Translations under genes and position numbers: made by a program
Shown here: one piece after another, positions 39,732 through 49,967 of the stretch
Layout of the letters: every line of letters starts with the position of its first letter
How positions within the stretch are numbered: the first letter of the stretch is position 1
The notes under the pieces: model-generated
Seen by the model: the letters and a program-made list of their open reading frames with translations, nothing else
Told to the model about the DNA's origin: nothing
The model's database searches: none
NCBI GenBank assembly: GCA_025060535.1
Contig: JANXCA010000001.1
Coordinates: 7,730-71,729 of the forward strand
Length of the DNA: 64,000 nucleotides
DNA from: Endomicrobiia bacterium
Lineage (GTDB): Bacteria > Elusimicrobiota > Endomicrobiia > DTEH01
Reading direction: 5' to 3'

Positions 39732-40775
39732 TCATTTTATTATTTCAAAATATTGGATTTTGGCTTTACTTTTAAGTTGTTCTACAAACTGTTCATAATA
39801 CTTCTCAGCGTTTCTTCTTGCAACATACTGAAGTAAATCTTCTTTTATTTGTTCAAAATCTGGCTTTCTTTTTGCTCTGTATTCTATAACTTTCGCTATA
39901 TGATAACCAAATTTCGTCTCAAATACATCACTAACCTGACCTTCTTTCAAAGAAAAAACAACCTTTTCAAATTCTGCAACAGTATCTCCCCTTGCAATAA
40001 AACCTAAATCGCCACCTCTATCTTTACTCCCAGGATCTTCAGAGTATTTCTGCGCTAAAGTTGCAAAATCCTCTCCCTTATCTATTTTGGACTTTATTTC
40101 TCTTGCTCGTTTTAAAGCTTCCTCTTTTTTTTCTTTAGAAAAATCCGGTTCGACTCTTATTAATATATGTCTTACTCTTACCTGTTCACTAAAATATCTT
40201 TCTACTAACTGAGCCAAAAGTTTTAATTCATTTTTTTCTTCTTCTGGTAATTTAACATCTTCTTTTTTTTCTATTATTTTTATAACCTTATTAAAAATCT
40301 CTTTTGCTTCTGCTTCTGTTGGTTCTTTTAAATTTTTCTTAATCTCTTCATCAATTAATTTCAACACCATTATTTGTTCTTCTATTTTCTTTTCAAATTG
40401 TTTTTCTGTCAAGTTCTCTTTTTTTAACTCTTGATAAAACATTAAATCAGAAGGAAATCTTGACTTAACAGTCTTTATACCTTCTTCAATCTCTCTTTTG
40501 GTAACCTTAATGTTTCTTTTTTTAGCCTCTTGAAGTAATAATTTATCAGCTATCAGCTGATCTAACACCTTTTGTTTTATTTCTTTTATTTCTTTTTCAG
40601 ATAACTCTTTTGCTGAAAGTTGTTTTAGCTGTTCTAATGTAACATTAAGGAGTTTCTCATACTCTGACTTCATTATATTTTCATTATTTACTTTAACTAT
40701 CACTTTCTCAACTACAGAAGTATTAATTTTAGTTATTATTACCAAGAAAAAAAATATAAAGAGAAATTTTTTCAT
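39732..40775 (-). CDS. SurA/PrsA-type peptidylprolyl isomerase
   Basis: Signal peptide, SurA N-domain, parvulin domain (RHILI, FATLAQKYSED, GGDLG, FGYHI). Confidence 0.9.
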   Translation of the reverse strand: MKKFLFIFFFLVIITKINTSVVEKVIVKVNNENIMKSEYEKLLNVTLEQLKQLSAKELSEKEIKEIKQKVLDQLIADKLLLQEAKKRNIKVTKREIEEGIKTVKSRFPSDLMFYQELKKENLTEKQFEKKIEEQIMVLKLIDEEIKKNLKEPTEAEAKEIFNKVIKIIEKKEDVKLPEEEKNELKLLAQLVERYFSEQVRVRHILIRVEPDFSKEKKEEALKRAREIKSKIDKGEDFATLAQKYSEDPGSKDRGGDLGFIARGDTVAEFEKVVFSLKEGQVSDVFETKFGYHIAKVIEYRAKRKPDFEQIKEDLLQYVARRNAEKYYEQFVEQLKSKAKIQYFEIIK

Positions 40776-40858
40776 TTATTTTCTCCTTTACTATTATTTT
40801 AGATTTAATGGTTATTTATACAAAATTATATTATGATTGTAAATGGAAAGGAAAAAAA

Positions 40859-41599
40859 TTATTGTTTTTCTTTTGTAACTGTACTTATAAAAATTTCTTC
40901 TAAAGGTATCCTTTGCCATTCTTTATTTTCTACTATTTTTAAAATTTTACCCTTATGAATTATAGCTACACGATCACACACTTTTTCAAGCTCCGAGATA
41001 AGATGAGAAGAAAAAAATATTGTTTTGCCTTGTGACTTAAGTTGAAGTATAAAATCTCTTATCTCTTTTATGCCTAATGGATCAAGACCACTTGTGGGTT
41101 CATCAAATACTAATATAGCTGGATTGTGAATTATTGCTTGTGCTAATCCTAATCTTTGAATCATACCTTTTGAATATTCTGATATTTTTCTATCAATACT
41201 GTCAGAAAGTTTAACAAAATCAATTACTTCTTTAATTCTTTTATTATCTATAAAACCTAATGAAAGACTTGCATATAATTTGAGTAATTCTAAACCTGTA
41301 AAATTTTTATTGAAACTTACTAATTCTGGTAAATAACCAATGTGTTTATTTATCCTCCAATCCGGGATTTTGTTACCAAACACATATATCTCACCAAAAT
41401 CAGGAAACAAAAGCCCCAAAATTAACTTTATTGTAGTCGTTTTACCAGAACCATTAAGACCTAATAAACCAAAAATTTCATTTTTATAAACTTCAAAACT
41501 AACCTCTTCTATACCTATAACATACTTTGTTTTTAAAAATTTATGCTTTTTATATATCTTTTTGAGTCGTTTTACTTCTATTATTTTCTCGCTATTCAT
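40859..41599 (-). CDS. ABC transporter ATP-binding protein (ABC-2 exporter type)
   Basis: GLNGSGKTT, YSKGM signature, DEPTSGLDP, SSH. Confidence 0.92.
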   Translation of the reverse strand: MNSEKIIEVKRLKKIYKKHKFLKTKYVIGIEEVSFEVYKNEIFGLLGLNGSGKTTTIKLILGLLFPDFGEIYVFGNKIPDWRINKHIGYLPELVSFNKNFTGLELLKLYASLSLGFIDNKRIKEVIDFVKLSDSIDRKISEYSKGMIQRLGLAQAIIHNPAILVFDEPTSGLDPLGIKEIRDFILQLKSQGKTIFFSSHLISELEKVCDRVAIIHKGKILKIVENKEWQRIPLEEIFISTVTKEKQ

Positions 41600-43188
41600 A
41601 ATTTTATAAACTTTACCATATTAATACCGGAAACTTGTTCAAGAGAAGAAATTAATTGCGAAGTAATTTCACTATCTACATTAATAAAAGTTAGTGCCTC
41701 ACCACCTGGTATTTTTCTTGCCACAAACATCTTTGCAATATTTATGTTATTGTCTCCCAAAATTGTGCCTATCTTTCCAATTATACCTGGCTTGTCTATA
41801 TTAGAAACTACAATAATATTTCCTTCAGGTTCTAAATCTGCATCCATACCATTGATTTCTATTATTCTACAATTATTATCTGAGATCAAAGTACCAGAAA
41901 TAGTATAAGTGCTTTTAGAAGTTTCAACTTTGGCAGTTATATATTCTTTATACTCTTTACCTTCTCTAAGTTTGGTTTCTTTAATAGATATTCCTCTTTC
42001 TTTAGCAATTATTTGAGAATTTATAAAATTAAGTTGGATATCTACAAATCTTGAAAGAAAGCTTTTAACATATGCTGAAGTTAAGATATATGTATTTATA
42101 TTATTAAAAATTTCTCCTACATACTGAATTTCTATTTGTTTTACAGCTTCAAGAGTAAGATGGCTTTGTAGTAAACCAATTTTCTCAACTAATTTAATAT
42201 AAGGTTTTAGTTTCTCATACATCTGAAAATCAATTGAAGGAATATTTACTGCATTTTTTATAACCCCTTTTGTAAAAAAATCAACTATCATTAAAGAAAC
42301 CTCTTGTGCAATCTTTACCTGTGCTTCTTCAGTAGAAGCTCCTAAATGTGGAGTAAACACAACGTTTTCCATTTTAAATAAAGATGAAGAAAAATCTGGA
42401 GGTTCTTTTTCAAATACATCTAAAGCAGCTGAGGATACTTTACCAGATTTTAATGCTTCATATAAATCATTTTCATTTATAATTCCTCCACGAGCACAAT
42501 TTACAATTTTTACTCCATCTTTCATTTTTGAAATTGTTTCTTTATTGATTAAATTTTTTGTAGAATCTGTTTTAGGAATATGTAGACTAATAATATCAGA
42601 TTCTTTTAACAAATCTTCAAAAGATTTAAGTTCTACTCCTAACTGATTAGCATATTCTTCAGAAACATATGGATCATAAGCTATAATCCGCATATCAAAT
42701 GCTTTCATCCTTTTAGCTACTTCAGAACCAATTCTACCTAACCCTATAAGTCCTAATGTTTTTCCTTGAAGTTCATTACCTACAAATTTTTCTCTTTCCC
42801 ATCTACCGGATTTTAAAGAGTTATGTGCTTGAGGTATATTTCTTACCATAGCCAGTATAAGACCAATTGTATGTTCACAAGCAGAAATAGTATTCCCTCC
42901 AGGAACATTCATCACTATAATTCCTTTTTTATTTGCAGCATTAATATCTACATTATCTACTCCAGTACCTGCTCTAACTATTAACTTTAACTTATCAGCA
43001 GATTCTATTATTTCCTTTGTAACTTTTACTTCAGAACGAATCAAAAGTCCTTCATAATCTCTTATTAAATTTTGAAGTTCTTCTTGAGTAGGTTTAGGTT
43101 TTATATCTACCTGAATTTCTGGGTGATTTAGTAGTAGTTCTAATCCCTCGGTATTTTTATATGTCATTAAAATTTTATATTTTTTCAT
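41596..43188 (-). CDS. serA: D-3-phosphoglycerate dehydrogenase (type I, ASB and ACT domains)
   Basis: RAGTGVDN, GLGRIG, NCARGG, DVFEKEP, TPHLGAST, DKPGIIG ACT domain. Confidence 0.96.
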   Translation of the reverse strand: MKKYKILMTYKNTEGLELLLNHPEIQVDIKPKPTQEELQNLIRDYEGLLIRSEVKVTKEIIESADKLKLIVRAGTGVDNVDINAANKKGIIVMNVPGGNTISACEHTIGLILAMVRNIPQAHNSLKSGRWEREKFVGNELQGKTLGLIGLGRIGSEVAKRMKAFDMRIIAYDPYVSEEYANQLGVELKSFEDLLKESDIISLHIPKTDSTKNLINKETISKMKDGVKIVNCARGGIINENDLYEALKSGKVSSAALDVFEKEPPDFSSSLFKMENVVFTPHLGASTEEAQVKIAQEVSLMIVDFFTKGVIKNAVNIPSIDFQMYEKLKPYIKLVEKIGLLQSHLTLEAVKQIEIQYVGEIFNNINTYILTSAYVKSFLSRFVDIQLNFINSQIIAKERGISIKETKLREGKEYKEYITAKVETSKSTYTISGTLISDNNCRIIEINGMDADLEPEGNIIVVSNIDKPGIIGKIGTILGDNNINIAKMFVARKIPGGEALTFINVDSEITSQLISSLEQVSGINMVKFIKL

Positions 43189-43205
43189 CTATTTAAACTC
43201 CTTTT

Positions 43206-44348
43206 TTATAAATTATTTATTTTTTCTTCAAATGCTTTTACTCCACTACCTAATGGTATCTTTATTCCCAATTTATTTAAAACAACTTCTAAACCATAAA
43301 TTCCAACCACTAAATCAAATCTATCAATATAACCCATATGAGCAATTCTTACAATTTTACCTTTTAGTTTATCTTGTCCACCAGCAATTGAAATTCCAAA
43401 CTCTTCTCGCATTATTTTAACAACTTTCTGACCATCAACTCCTTCAGGCATCTCAATCGGGGTAACTATATTACTTATATGATTTTCATCACAAAAGATC
43501 TTTAAACCCATTGATTTTATAGCATATCTTGTAGCAATTGCTAGTTTTTCTGTATCTTCCCAAATTTTTTGCAATGTCTTTTCTTTTATCATTTCTATTG
43601 CTTTATGAATAGCCACAACTAAACTAACAGCAGGAGTAAAAGGAGTTTCTTTGTTCTCAATTGATTTTCTCATTCTTTTAAAATCAAAATAAAACTTTGG
43701 TAAGTTAGAATTCTCCACTAACTGCCAAGCTTTAGTACTCACACTAACAAAAGATAATCCGGGAGGACACATTAATCCCTTCTGTGAACCAGTTACTGCT
43801 ACATCTACATTCCATTCATCATTCAAAAATTTTTGGTTTACTAAGCCACTTATTGTATCTACTACTAACACTGCTTGTGTATCCTTAACAATTTTGCCTA
43901 TCTCTTCAATATTATTTACAACACCTGTTGAAGTTTCTGTGTGTGTTGTAAAAACAGCTTTTATATTTTTATTTTGTTGCAGAATTTTTTCTATATCTTT
44001 TGGATTTATAGCTTTACCCCACTCCACAGCTACTTTATGAACTTTTACTCCATACGCTTGACAAATTTTCTCCCATCTATCTCCAAAATTACCACATGAA
44101 GCTACTATAACTTCATCATCTTTTGATAACAAATTTACAACAGATGCTTCCATAGCAGCAGTACCTGAACCTGTTACCATCAAAACATCTCCCTTAGTCT
44201 GAAAAATATATTTCATGCCCTCTATTACTTCCACAAAAATTTTACCAAATTCAGAAGTTCTATGATGTAGGATAGGACGTGCTTCTGCCTGTGCTACCTC
44301 ATGGGGAACAGGTGTTGGTCCCGGTGTTAATAGAAAATATTTTTTCAT
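43206..44348 (-). CDS. Class V aminotransferase (alanine-glyoxylate/serine-pyruvate family; probably the phosphoserine aminotransferase given the serA linkage)
   Basis: LTPGPT, GSGTAAME, HTETSTG, GSQKGL, TPFTP, RIAHMG. Confidence 0.88.
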   Translation of the reverse strand: MKKYFLLTPGPTPVPHEVAQAEARPILHHRTSEFGKIFVEVIEGMKYIFQTKGDVLMVTGSGTAAMEASVVNLLSKDDEVIVASCGNFGDRWEKICQAYGVKVHKVAVEWGKAINPKDIEKILQQNKNIKAVFTTHTETSTGVVNNIEEIGKIVKDTQAVLVVDTISGLVNQKFLNDEWNVDVAVTGSQKGLMCPPGLSFVSVSTKAWQLVENSNLPKFYFDFKRMRKSIENKETPFTPAVSLVVAIHKAIEMIKEKTLQKIWEDTEKLAIATRYAIKSMGLKIFCDENHISNIVTPIEMPEGVDGQKVVKIMREEFGISIAGGQDKLKGKIVRIAHMGYIDRFDLVVGIYGLEVVLNKLGIKIPLGSGVKAFEEKINNL

Positions 44349-44373
44349 TTTTTCCTCCTTTTAAATAAAAATA

Positions 44374-44391
44374 TTGTGAAATTTTTCACAA
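44374..44391. promoter_or_regulatory. Rex-type operator upstream of aminotransferase-serA
   Basis: TTGTGAA-ATTT-TTCACAA, identical to 31742..31759; palindrome extends 44371..44394 and overlaps the -10 of TTGACT(44419..44414)-18 nt-TATATT. Confidence 0.82.
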
Positions 44392-44432
44392 TATATAAAA
44401 TATTATTTAAAAAAGTCAATAGTTTTAAAAAA

Positions 44433-44972
44433 TTATTTTATTTTTATAATTTCAGGCGAAATAAAGAAATTATTACCTCCTATGTGATGGATGGTTTTCG
44501 CTTTATGAGAAATTAAATATTTATCATATACATTTTCATCTACTGCACAATATACCACTTCTCCTACGTATAACTTCACACCACTATACTCTTTCACATC
44601 AAAAAGCTTTGCTTCTATAAACCCGACACAATTTTTAAGATGAACTGTATTAACTTTGTAACCATCTTCATATAATATATTAAATTTTTTAAATTTGTCT
44701 TCTTCTTTACCAGATGTCTTCCCAGTCATAATTACTACATTTAATAAACTATAAGAGGGAACATTAATTACAAACTCTCCGTATTTTTCTATAAGTTCTG
44801 AAGTATAATGAGTTGAAGCTACACACACCACTACTAAAGGAGGATCATCATTTAAAGGAGTAATCCATGCAATTGGTGCAATATTTTTTATATTTTTATT
44901 TCCTGAAGTAATCAAACAACAAGGACCATGATTGATTAAATGATAGAATTTATGTATATCTAATTTTTTCAT
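44433..44972 (-). CDS. Flavin reductase-like (flavoredoxin) family protein
   Basis: NIAPIAW, EFVINVP, SGKEEDKF, HHIGG. Confidence 0.85.
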   Translation of the reverse strand: MKKLDIHKFYHLINHGPCCLITSGNKNIKNIAPIAWITPLNDDPPLVVVCVASTHYTSELIEKYGEFVINVPSYSLLNVVIMTGKTSGKEEDKFKKFNILYEDGYKVNTVHLKNCVGFIEAKLFDVKEYSGVKLYVGEVVYCAVDENVYDKYLISHKAKTIHHIGGNNFFISPEIIKIK

Positions 44973-44999
44973 AAAACTACCTTCTTTATATTACAAGGA

Positions 45000-46883
45000 T
45001 TATATTAAAGGATTATGTTGAATATACAATAAATTTCCTTTTTTATTATATTCGTTTATCTCAGACATTACTTTTTCAATTATTTTCTCATTTGGTTTTA
45101 ATAACTTTAAGATAAAAGTAATACTATATCCTTTATAATTTTTTTCTACTTCTCTTTCAATAAAAACTTCTATATTTTTATTTATATTTTTATTTCTTAA
45201 AATTTTATCTTTAAAATCTAAAATCGATTTCTCATCTTTACTTAAAACCTGAATTCTTACTAAATGAACAAAAGGTGGATACTTTAATTCTTCTCTAATT
45301 TTCAATTCGTTATTATAAAAATTTTCATAACCATTAAATAAATAAACAGCATCTTCTTTAGAAATATTTTCAATATAAAATTCTATCTGTCTATCCTGGG
45401 GCAAAGATGAAGCAAAAGTTTTTATTATTCTATAAAAATTTTCATAGTTCAGATAATTAGGCTTCTGCAAAAATTCAGATATTGAAAGAAAATACAAACT
45501 ACCTATATTTGAAAAATCAATTTTATAGATATAATTCAAAATCTCCAAATTCGAAAGTAACACATCAATACTTCTTCTGTTGAATTCTTCTATCTTTTGT
45601 AATTTTTTAATATTATTCATCTCGGAAGTTATCTCTTCTATAATAGCTCCTTTTATTTTACTTCTTAAAAAATCTATAATCTTTTTATCTTTAAATATAA
45701 TTTCTCTATAATAAGGACTACCACATTCTGAACATATAAAAACTTTCTTAGATTTAGTAAGTACTTTAAAATTTTTTTTAGAATAAAATTTCTTACAAAC
45801 TAAACAAACATAAAATCCTCTAGAACCTCTATAAGGGAAAATTACTAATGTTTGTTTAAATTTATATATATCTTTAGAAATAACTTCAGTTAAAGTTTTG
45901 TTTGCTGTAATTATTTTAACATTGTTACCTATTTCTAAACATTTTTTATTAGAAACTAAAGGATAGCTATAAATATATGACACCGAATGAAAAAAACTAC
46001 TGTATACTAACCTACAAGAATAATTTTTTATCCTTTTTTCTAAAATAAACAAACTATTATACATGGGCACCTCTGGATTTCTATATCCTAATGAATCACA
46101 CTCATCTACTACTATATAAGAAATATTTTCAAAAGGCAAAAATACCCCAATTTTTGTAGCAAAAACTACATTTATAAGCTTATTTCTTATAAGATACCAA
46201 ATTTTATATCTTTCTTCTAAAGAAACTTCACCAGTATAAAATGCAAAATTTTTGTTTAATTTCATATCTATGTTAGTCTTTTTATAAAAAAATTCATAAA
46301 AGTCATTTATGTAATTTGTATTAGGAAAAATAATTAATAATTGTAAATCTTTTTCAATAGAATAAAAAATTAATTCTTTATAAAATTCAAATTTTTCTTG
46401 TATGCTGGATGGTACAAATAAACTTATCTTTTTTAAGTTTATTTTTTCTAATGTTTTTAAATATTTATATTCTATTAAAAATTTAAATTTATTATTTTCT
46501 TCGTTTTTTAAAATAACAGCATCTTTTATCACAAATTTGTGTGATATTGGAAAAAACTGATTCAAGAAAAGTCCAAAAGAAATCAAATAAATCCTAGAAA
46601 ACCATTCTGCTGTCATAAGTTGTTCTTTATCAAAAAAGGGAAAAGGATCTATAACAGACTTTATAGGTTTTATAAAAGTCAACTCTTTTTTATCAAATCT
46701 TAAATCATCGTATACATCAACAATAACTCCTATCTTTCCAACCTCTCTTCCAAAATCTACTTCTACTCTGCTTCCTATTAGATTAAAAGAAGTATTTCTG
46801 TTTGATAAAAAATAAGTATATCTTTGATTTAAAGGTATAGGGAATATAACATCACAAAAGATTTTATCCATATTCTTATTCAT
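45000..46883 (-). CDS. priA: Degenerate PriA homolog (primosomal protein N'), helicase motifs eroded
   Basis: N-terminal 3'-binding domain (YTY, GSRVEVDFG, IKPI), TGEVSLEER...W, GVFLPF...IVVDE, C-terminal RxxLxYPPF; rpoZ-coa-priA context. Confidence 0.78.
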   Translation of the reverse strand: MNKNMDKIFCDVIFPIPLNQRYTYFLSNRNTSFNLIGSRVEVDFGREVGKIGVIVDVYDDLRFDKKELTFIKPIKSVIDPFPFFDKEQLMTAEWFSRIYLISFGLFLNQFFPISHKFVIKDAVILKNEENNKFKFLIEYKYLKTLEKINLKKISLFVPSSIQEKFEFYKELIFYSIEKDLQLLIIFPNTNYINDFYEFFYKKTNIDMKLNKNFAFYTGEVSLEERYKIWYLIRNKLINVVFATKIGVFLPFENISYIVVDECDSLGYRNPEVPMYNSLFILEKRIKNYSCRLVYSSFFHSVSYIYSYPLVSNKKCLEIGNNVKIITANKTLTEVISKDIYKFKQTLVIFPYRGSRGFYVCLVCKKFYSKKNFKVLTKSKKVFICSECGSPYYREIIFKDKKIIDFLRSKIKGAIIEEITSEMNNIKKLQKIEEFNRRSIDVLLSNLEILNYIYKIDFSNIGSLYFLSISEFLQKPNYLNYENFYRIIKTFASSLPQDRQIEFYIENISKEDAVYLFNGYENFYNNELKIREELKYPPFVHLVRIQVLSKDEKSILDFKDKILRNKNINKNIEVFIEREVEKNYKGYSITFILKLLKPNEKIIEKVMSEINEYNKKGNLLYIQHNPLI

Positions 46884-46885
46884 AA

Positions 46886-47584
46886 TTATTTTTTTTTAAT
46901 ATTTAGAATCTTCATAATTAGCTTCATATCTTGCCATACATATTTTTTTAATGATGGGTTTCTTAAAAGAGCTGCAGGATGATAAGTAGGTATTATCTTT
47001 ATATTTAATTCCTTCACTTCATACTCAAAAATTTTCCCCCTCAATTCTGAAATTGGAACTTCATTTTTAGTTAACGCCTTAGTAGCTGTAAAACCTAAAC
47101 AACAAATCACTTTTGGTTTAATAATACTTATTTGTTGTTTTAGATATTCAAAACAAGAATTTATTTCTTCAGAACTTGGAGGTCTATCATTATTTCTTAA
47201 ATTAGGATCAGGAACTACACCTGGATGACATTTTACTACATTGGTAATATAAACATCTTCTCTCTTTAATCCCATAGCTTGAATTATTTTTGTTAAAAGT
47301 TCTCCAGCTTTGCCTACAAATGGCCTTGCCTGTTTATCTTCTTCATATCCTGGAGCTTCTCCTACAAACATCAACTCAGCTTTTTCATTACCTTCGCCAA
47401 ATACCACATTAGTTCTACTTTTATAAAGTAAACATCTTTTACACTGAAGCACTTTAAGCTTTAATAACTCCAATTCATTATCTTTTTTTCTAAGTTGAAG
47501 GTTTTCTAAATATAAACCATCTAGAAAATATATATAAGAGGCAAGTTTAATTAAAAGTTTTAATTTTTCATTATTATTGTTCAT
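46886..47584 (-). CDS. Uracil-DNA glycosylase family 4 (Fe-S)
   Basis: [31 protein letters not shown]. Confidence 0.94.
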   Translation of the reverse strand: MNNNNEKLKLLIKLASYIYFLDGLYLENLQLRKKDNELELLKLKVLQCKRCLLYKSRTNVVFGEGNEKAELMFVGEAPGYEEDKQARPFVGKAGELLTKIIQAMGLKREDVYITNVVKCHPGVVPDPNLRNNDRPPSSEEINSCFEYLKQQISIIKPKVICCLGFTATKALTKNEVPISELRGKIFEYEVKELNIKIIPTYHPAALLRNPSLKKYVWQDMKLIMKILNIKKK

Positions 47585-48221
47585 TTTTATCTTTCATCAT
47601 CTTTTCTACTAAACTTAATAAAATCTTTGCAAAGATATATTTTTTGATCCTTTTATATCTTTTTATACTTCCATCCTTAAAAATAAAAGTTGGTGTTATA
47701 TAATTACTCTCAAAACTATCAGGATAATTAAGTATAATTAGATCAAGATTTTTATTTATCAACTTTTCTAAAGCAAAATCAAAAGATTTTTCTTTATTCG
47801 TTTCTAAAGCAAAACCTATGAGAATTTGATTTTCTTTTTTATTCTTACCGCAATATCCAAGAATATCTTTTGTGGGTTTCAATTTTAAAGTTTTATAATT
47901 TGTTTTTTTTATCTTTTCCTTAGAAAATTTATACGGTTTAAAATCACATACTGCAGCAGATGATATAAAAACATCCGAGATCTTAAAAAATTTTTTAACT
48001 AACTTGAACATTTCATCTGAAGTTTCTACGTAATAAGTTTTTACATTTTTAGGTGGCTTCAAATATGTCGGTCCACTGATAAGTATTACTTTATACTTTT
48101 TAGAAAAAACTTTAGCAATGTGATAACCAACTTTACCAGAAGAGAGATTAGATATAAATCTTACAGGATCTATATATTCTCTTGTGGGGCCTGCAGTAAT
48201 TAAAACGTATTTTTTTAACAT
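47574..48221 (-). CDS. coaB: Phosphopantothenate--cysteine ligase (stand-alone)
   Basis: ITAGPTREYIDPVRFISNLSSGK, AAVCDF, KIKK, GFALET. Confidence 0.92.
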   Translation of the reverse strand: MLKKYVLITAGPTREYIDPVRFISNLSSGKVGYHIAKVFSKKYKVILISGPTYLKPPKNVKTYYVETSDEMFKLVKKFFKISDVFISSAAVCDFKPYKFSKEKIKKTNYKTLKLKPTKDILGYCGKNKKENQILIGFALETNKEKSFDFALEKLINKNLDLIILNYPDSFESNYITPTFIFKDGSIKRYKRIKKYIFAKILLSLVEKMMKDKNEQ

Positions 48222-48237
48222 CCATTTTCACAGTATC

Positions 48238-48780
48238 TTACTTTAACATTTTTTTTATAAATTCCAAAATCTCATCTACTTTAGGAAGTTTTCCTTTTCC
48301 TTCCACACCACACAATAATTTCCCTTCGTTAGGTTCTAAAATTTCATAACCTATTTCTTTAAGCATACTTACATTTTTTTGAGTAATCGGGTGAGTCCAC
48401 ATATTCACATTCATAGAAGGGCAAAGCAGTACCTTAGTTTTTTTAATATCTGCAGCATAAATAGTTGAAACCAACAAATCCTCTGTTTTACCATATGCCA
48501 ATTTTGAAATAGTATTACAACTACATGGAACAACAACTATCAAATCTGCCCATTGAGATAAAGAAATATGTAACGGAGAAAATTCATACTCACAAAACAT
48601 ATCCACATATACTTTATCTCCTGAAAGTTCTTGAAATAATAAAGGTGAAATAAGTTTTGTAGCATTTTGAGTCATTATACATTTTACATTATAATTTTCT
48701 CTTTTCAGTTTCCTTATAAGATCACATACTTTATATAACGCTATTCCTGCCGTGATTCCTACAATAATGTTATTTTTCAT
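48238..48780 (-). CDS. coaC: Phosphopantothenoylcysteine decarboxylase (stand-alone flavoprotein)
   Basis: GITAGIALYK, HISL, PSMNVNMW, LLCGVEGKG. Confidence 0.92.
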   Translation of the reverse strand: MKNNIIVGITAGIALYKVCDLIRKLKRENYNVKCIMTQNATKLISPLLFQELSGDKVYVDMFCEYEFSPLHISLSQWADLIVVVPCSCNTISKLAYGKTEDLLVSTIYAADIKKTKVLLCPSMNVNMWTHPITQKNVSMLKEIGYEILEPNEGKLLCGVEGKGKLPKVDEILEFIKKMLK

Positions 48781-49115
48781 TTTTTCTTCTTAGACTTCTT
48801 TTCAGAAGTTTTTTCACTATCTTCTTCTTTTTCTTCTGTTACACCAACAGATTGTAAAAGAAAACCTAACTTTTTCCTTGTTTCCAATGGCCCTAACTTC
48901 TTAATATCATCGATACTAACTCTCCCTGTTAATACATCATATATAGCAATATTTAACCTTTCACTATCTAACAAATCCTTATACTCCTCTTTATATTTCA
49001 GTTCTGCAGCCCAACGAGCTATATAAGGAACTACTTTGTATTTATCATACTTTGCTGAAAGTATTACTTTATGTATTTCTTTATGTATTTTTTCTATATC
49101 TTCTTTGATCCCCAT
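48777..49115 (-). CDS. rpoZ: Probable RNA polymerase omega subunit (divergent)
   Basis: DKYKVV...ARWAAEL resembles the omega helix, plus a later AI..VLTG.V segment; conserved position upstream of coaBC-priA. Confidence 0.6.
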   Translation of the reverse strand: MGIKEDIEKIHKEIHKVILSAKYDKYKVVPYIARWAAELKYKEEYKDLLDSERLNIAIYDVLTGRVSIDDIKKLGPLETRKKLGFLLQSVGVTEEKEEDSEKTSEKKSKKKK

Positions 49116-49139
49116 ATTTTTACTCCTTTTATTTAAATT

Positions 49140-49967
49140 TTATTTTTTATTATTAATTAAATTATATATTTCAACACATTTTTCAAGAATTCCCTCTAAA
49201 TATTCTAATTTAAGCATACTAGAAGCATCACATAGCGCTTCTTCAGGACAAAGATGTGTTTCTATGAACAAACCATTTGCTCCAGCTGCTAAAGAAGCAT
49301 AACAGTATGTAGAAATATACTGTGGTTGTCCCCCAGAAGCATCTTTAGAAGTAGGACCAGGAATTCTTACTATATGAGTCACATCTACAATAACTGGAAA
49401 TCCTATTTCTTGCATAATAGGAATACTTCTTAAGTCAAAAATCATATTGTTATAACCAAATATAGTCCCTCTCTCTGTCAGCAAAATTCTATCATTATTT
49501 ACTGACAAAGCTTTTGATACAACCTTTTTCATATCCCAAGGTGCTAAAAATTGTCCTTTTTTAAGATTTAAAACCTTTTTAGTTTTTGCTGCTTCTACAA
49601 CAATATCTGTCTGCATACATAAATAAGCTGGAATTTGAATAACATCTAATACCTCCTTAACATACTCAACTTCTGTTTTACAATGAACATCAGACAAAAT
49701 AGGCACTCCTAATTCTTGTTTAACCTTTGATAGAATCCTTAAGCCCTCTTTCAAACCAGGACCACGATAATTCTCAACTGATGACCTATTTGACTTATCA
49801 TATGAAGCTTTAAAAATAAAAGATACATTGAGTTTATCTGTAATTTTTTTAATTTCTTCGGCTATTGTTAATGTAATTTTTTCTGTTTCTATTACACAAG
49901 GACCTGCTATAAGTAAAAGTGGTTGCCCTTTACCAATTTTTATATTGCCAACTTCGATAGTCTTCAT
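49140..49967 (-). CDS. kdsA: KDO-8-phosphate synthase
   Basis: IAGPCVIE, KASYDKSNRSS, KKGQFLAP, TERG, FIETH. Confidence 0.95.
   Translation of the reverse strand: MKTIEVGNIKIGKGQPLLLIAGPCVIETEKITLTIAEEIKKITDKLNVSFIFKASYDKSNRSSVENYRGPGLKEGLRILSKVKQELGVPILSDVHCKTEVEYVKEVLDVIQIPAYLCMQTDIVVEAAKTKKVLNLKKGQFLAPWDMKKVVSKALSVNNDRILLTERGTIFGYNNMIFDLRSIPIMQEIGFPVIVDVTHIVRIPGPTSKDASGGQPQYISTYCYASLAAGANGLFIETHLCPEEALCDASSMLKLEYLEGILEKCVEIYNLINNKK

Noticed and set aside
40779..40858. Possible anti-SD hairpin in the surA-like leader
   Set aside because: The pairing is short and bulged, and a TTTACA-17-TATAAA promoter overlapping the upstream arm would exclude that arm from the mRNA.
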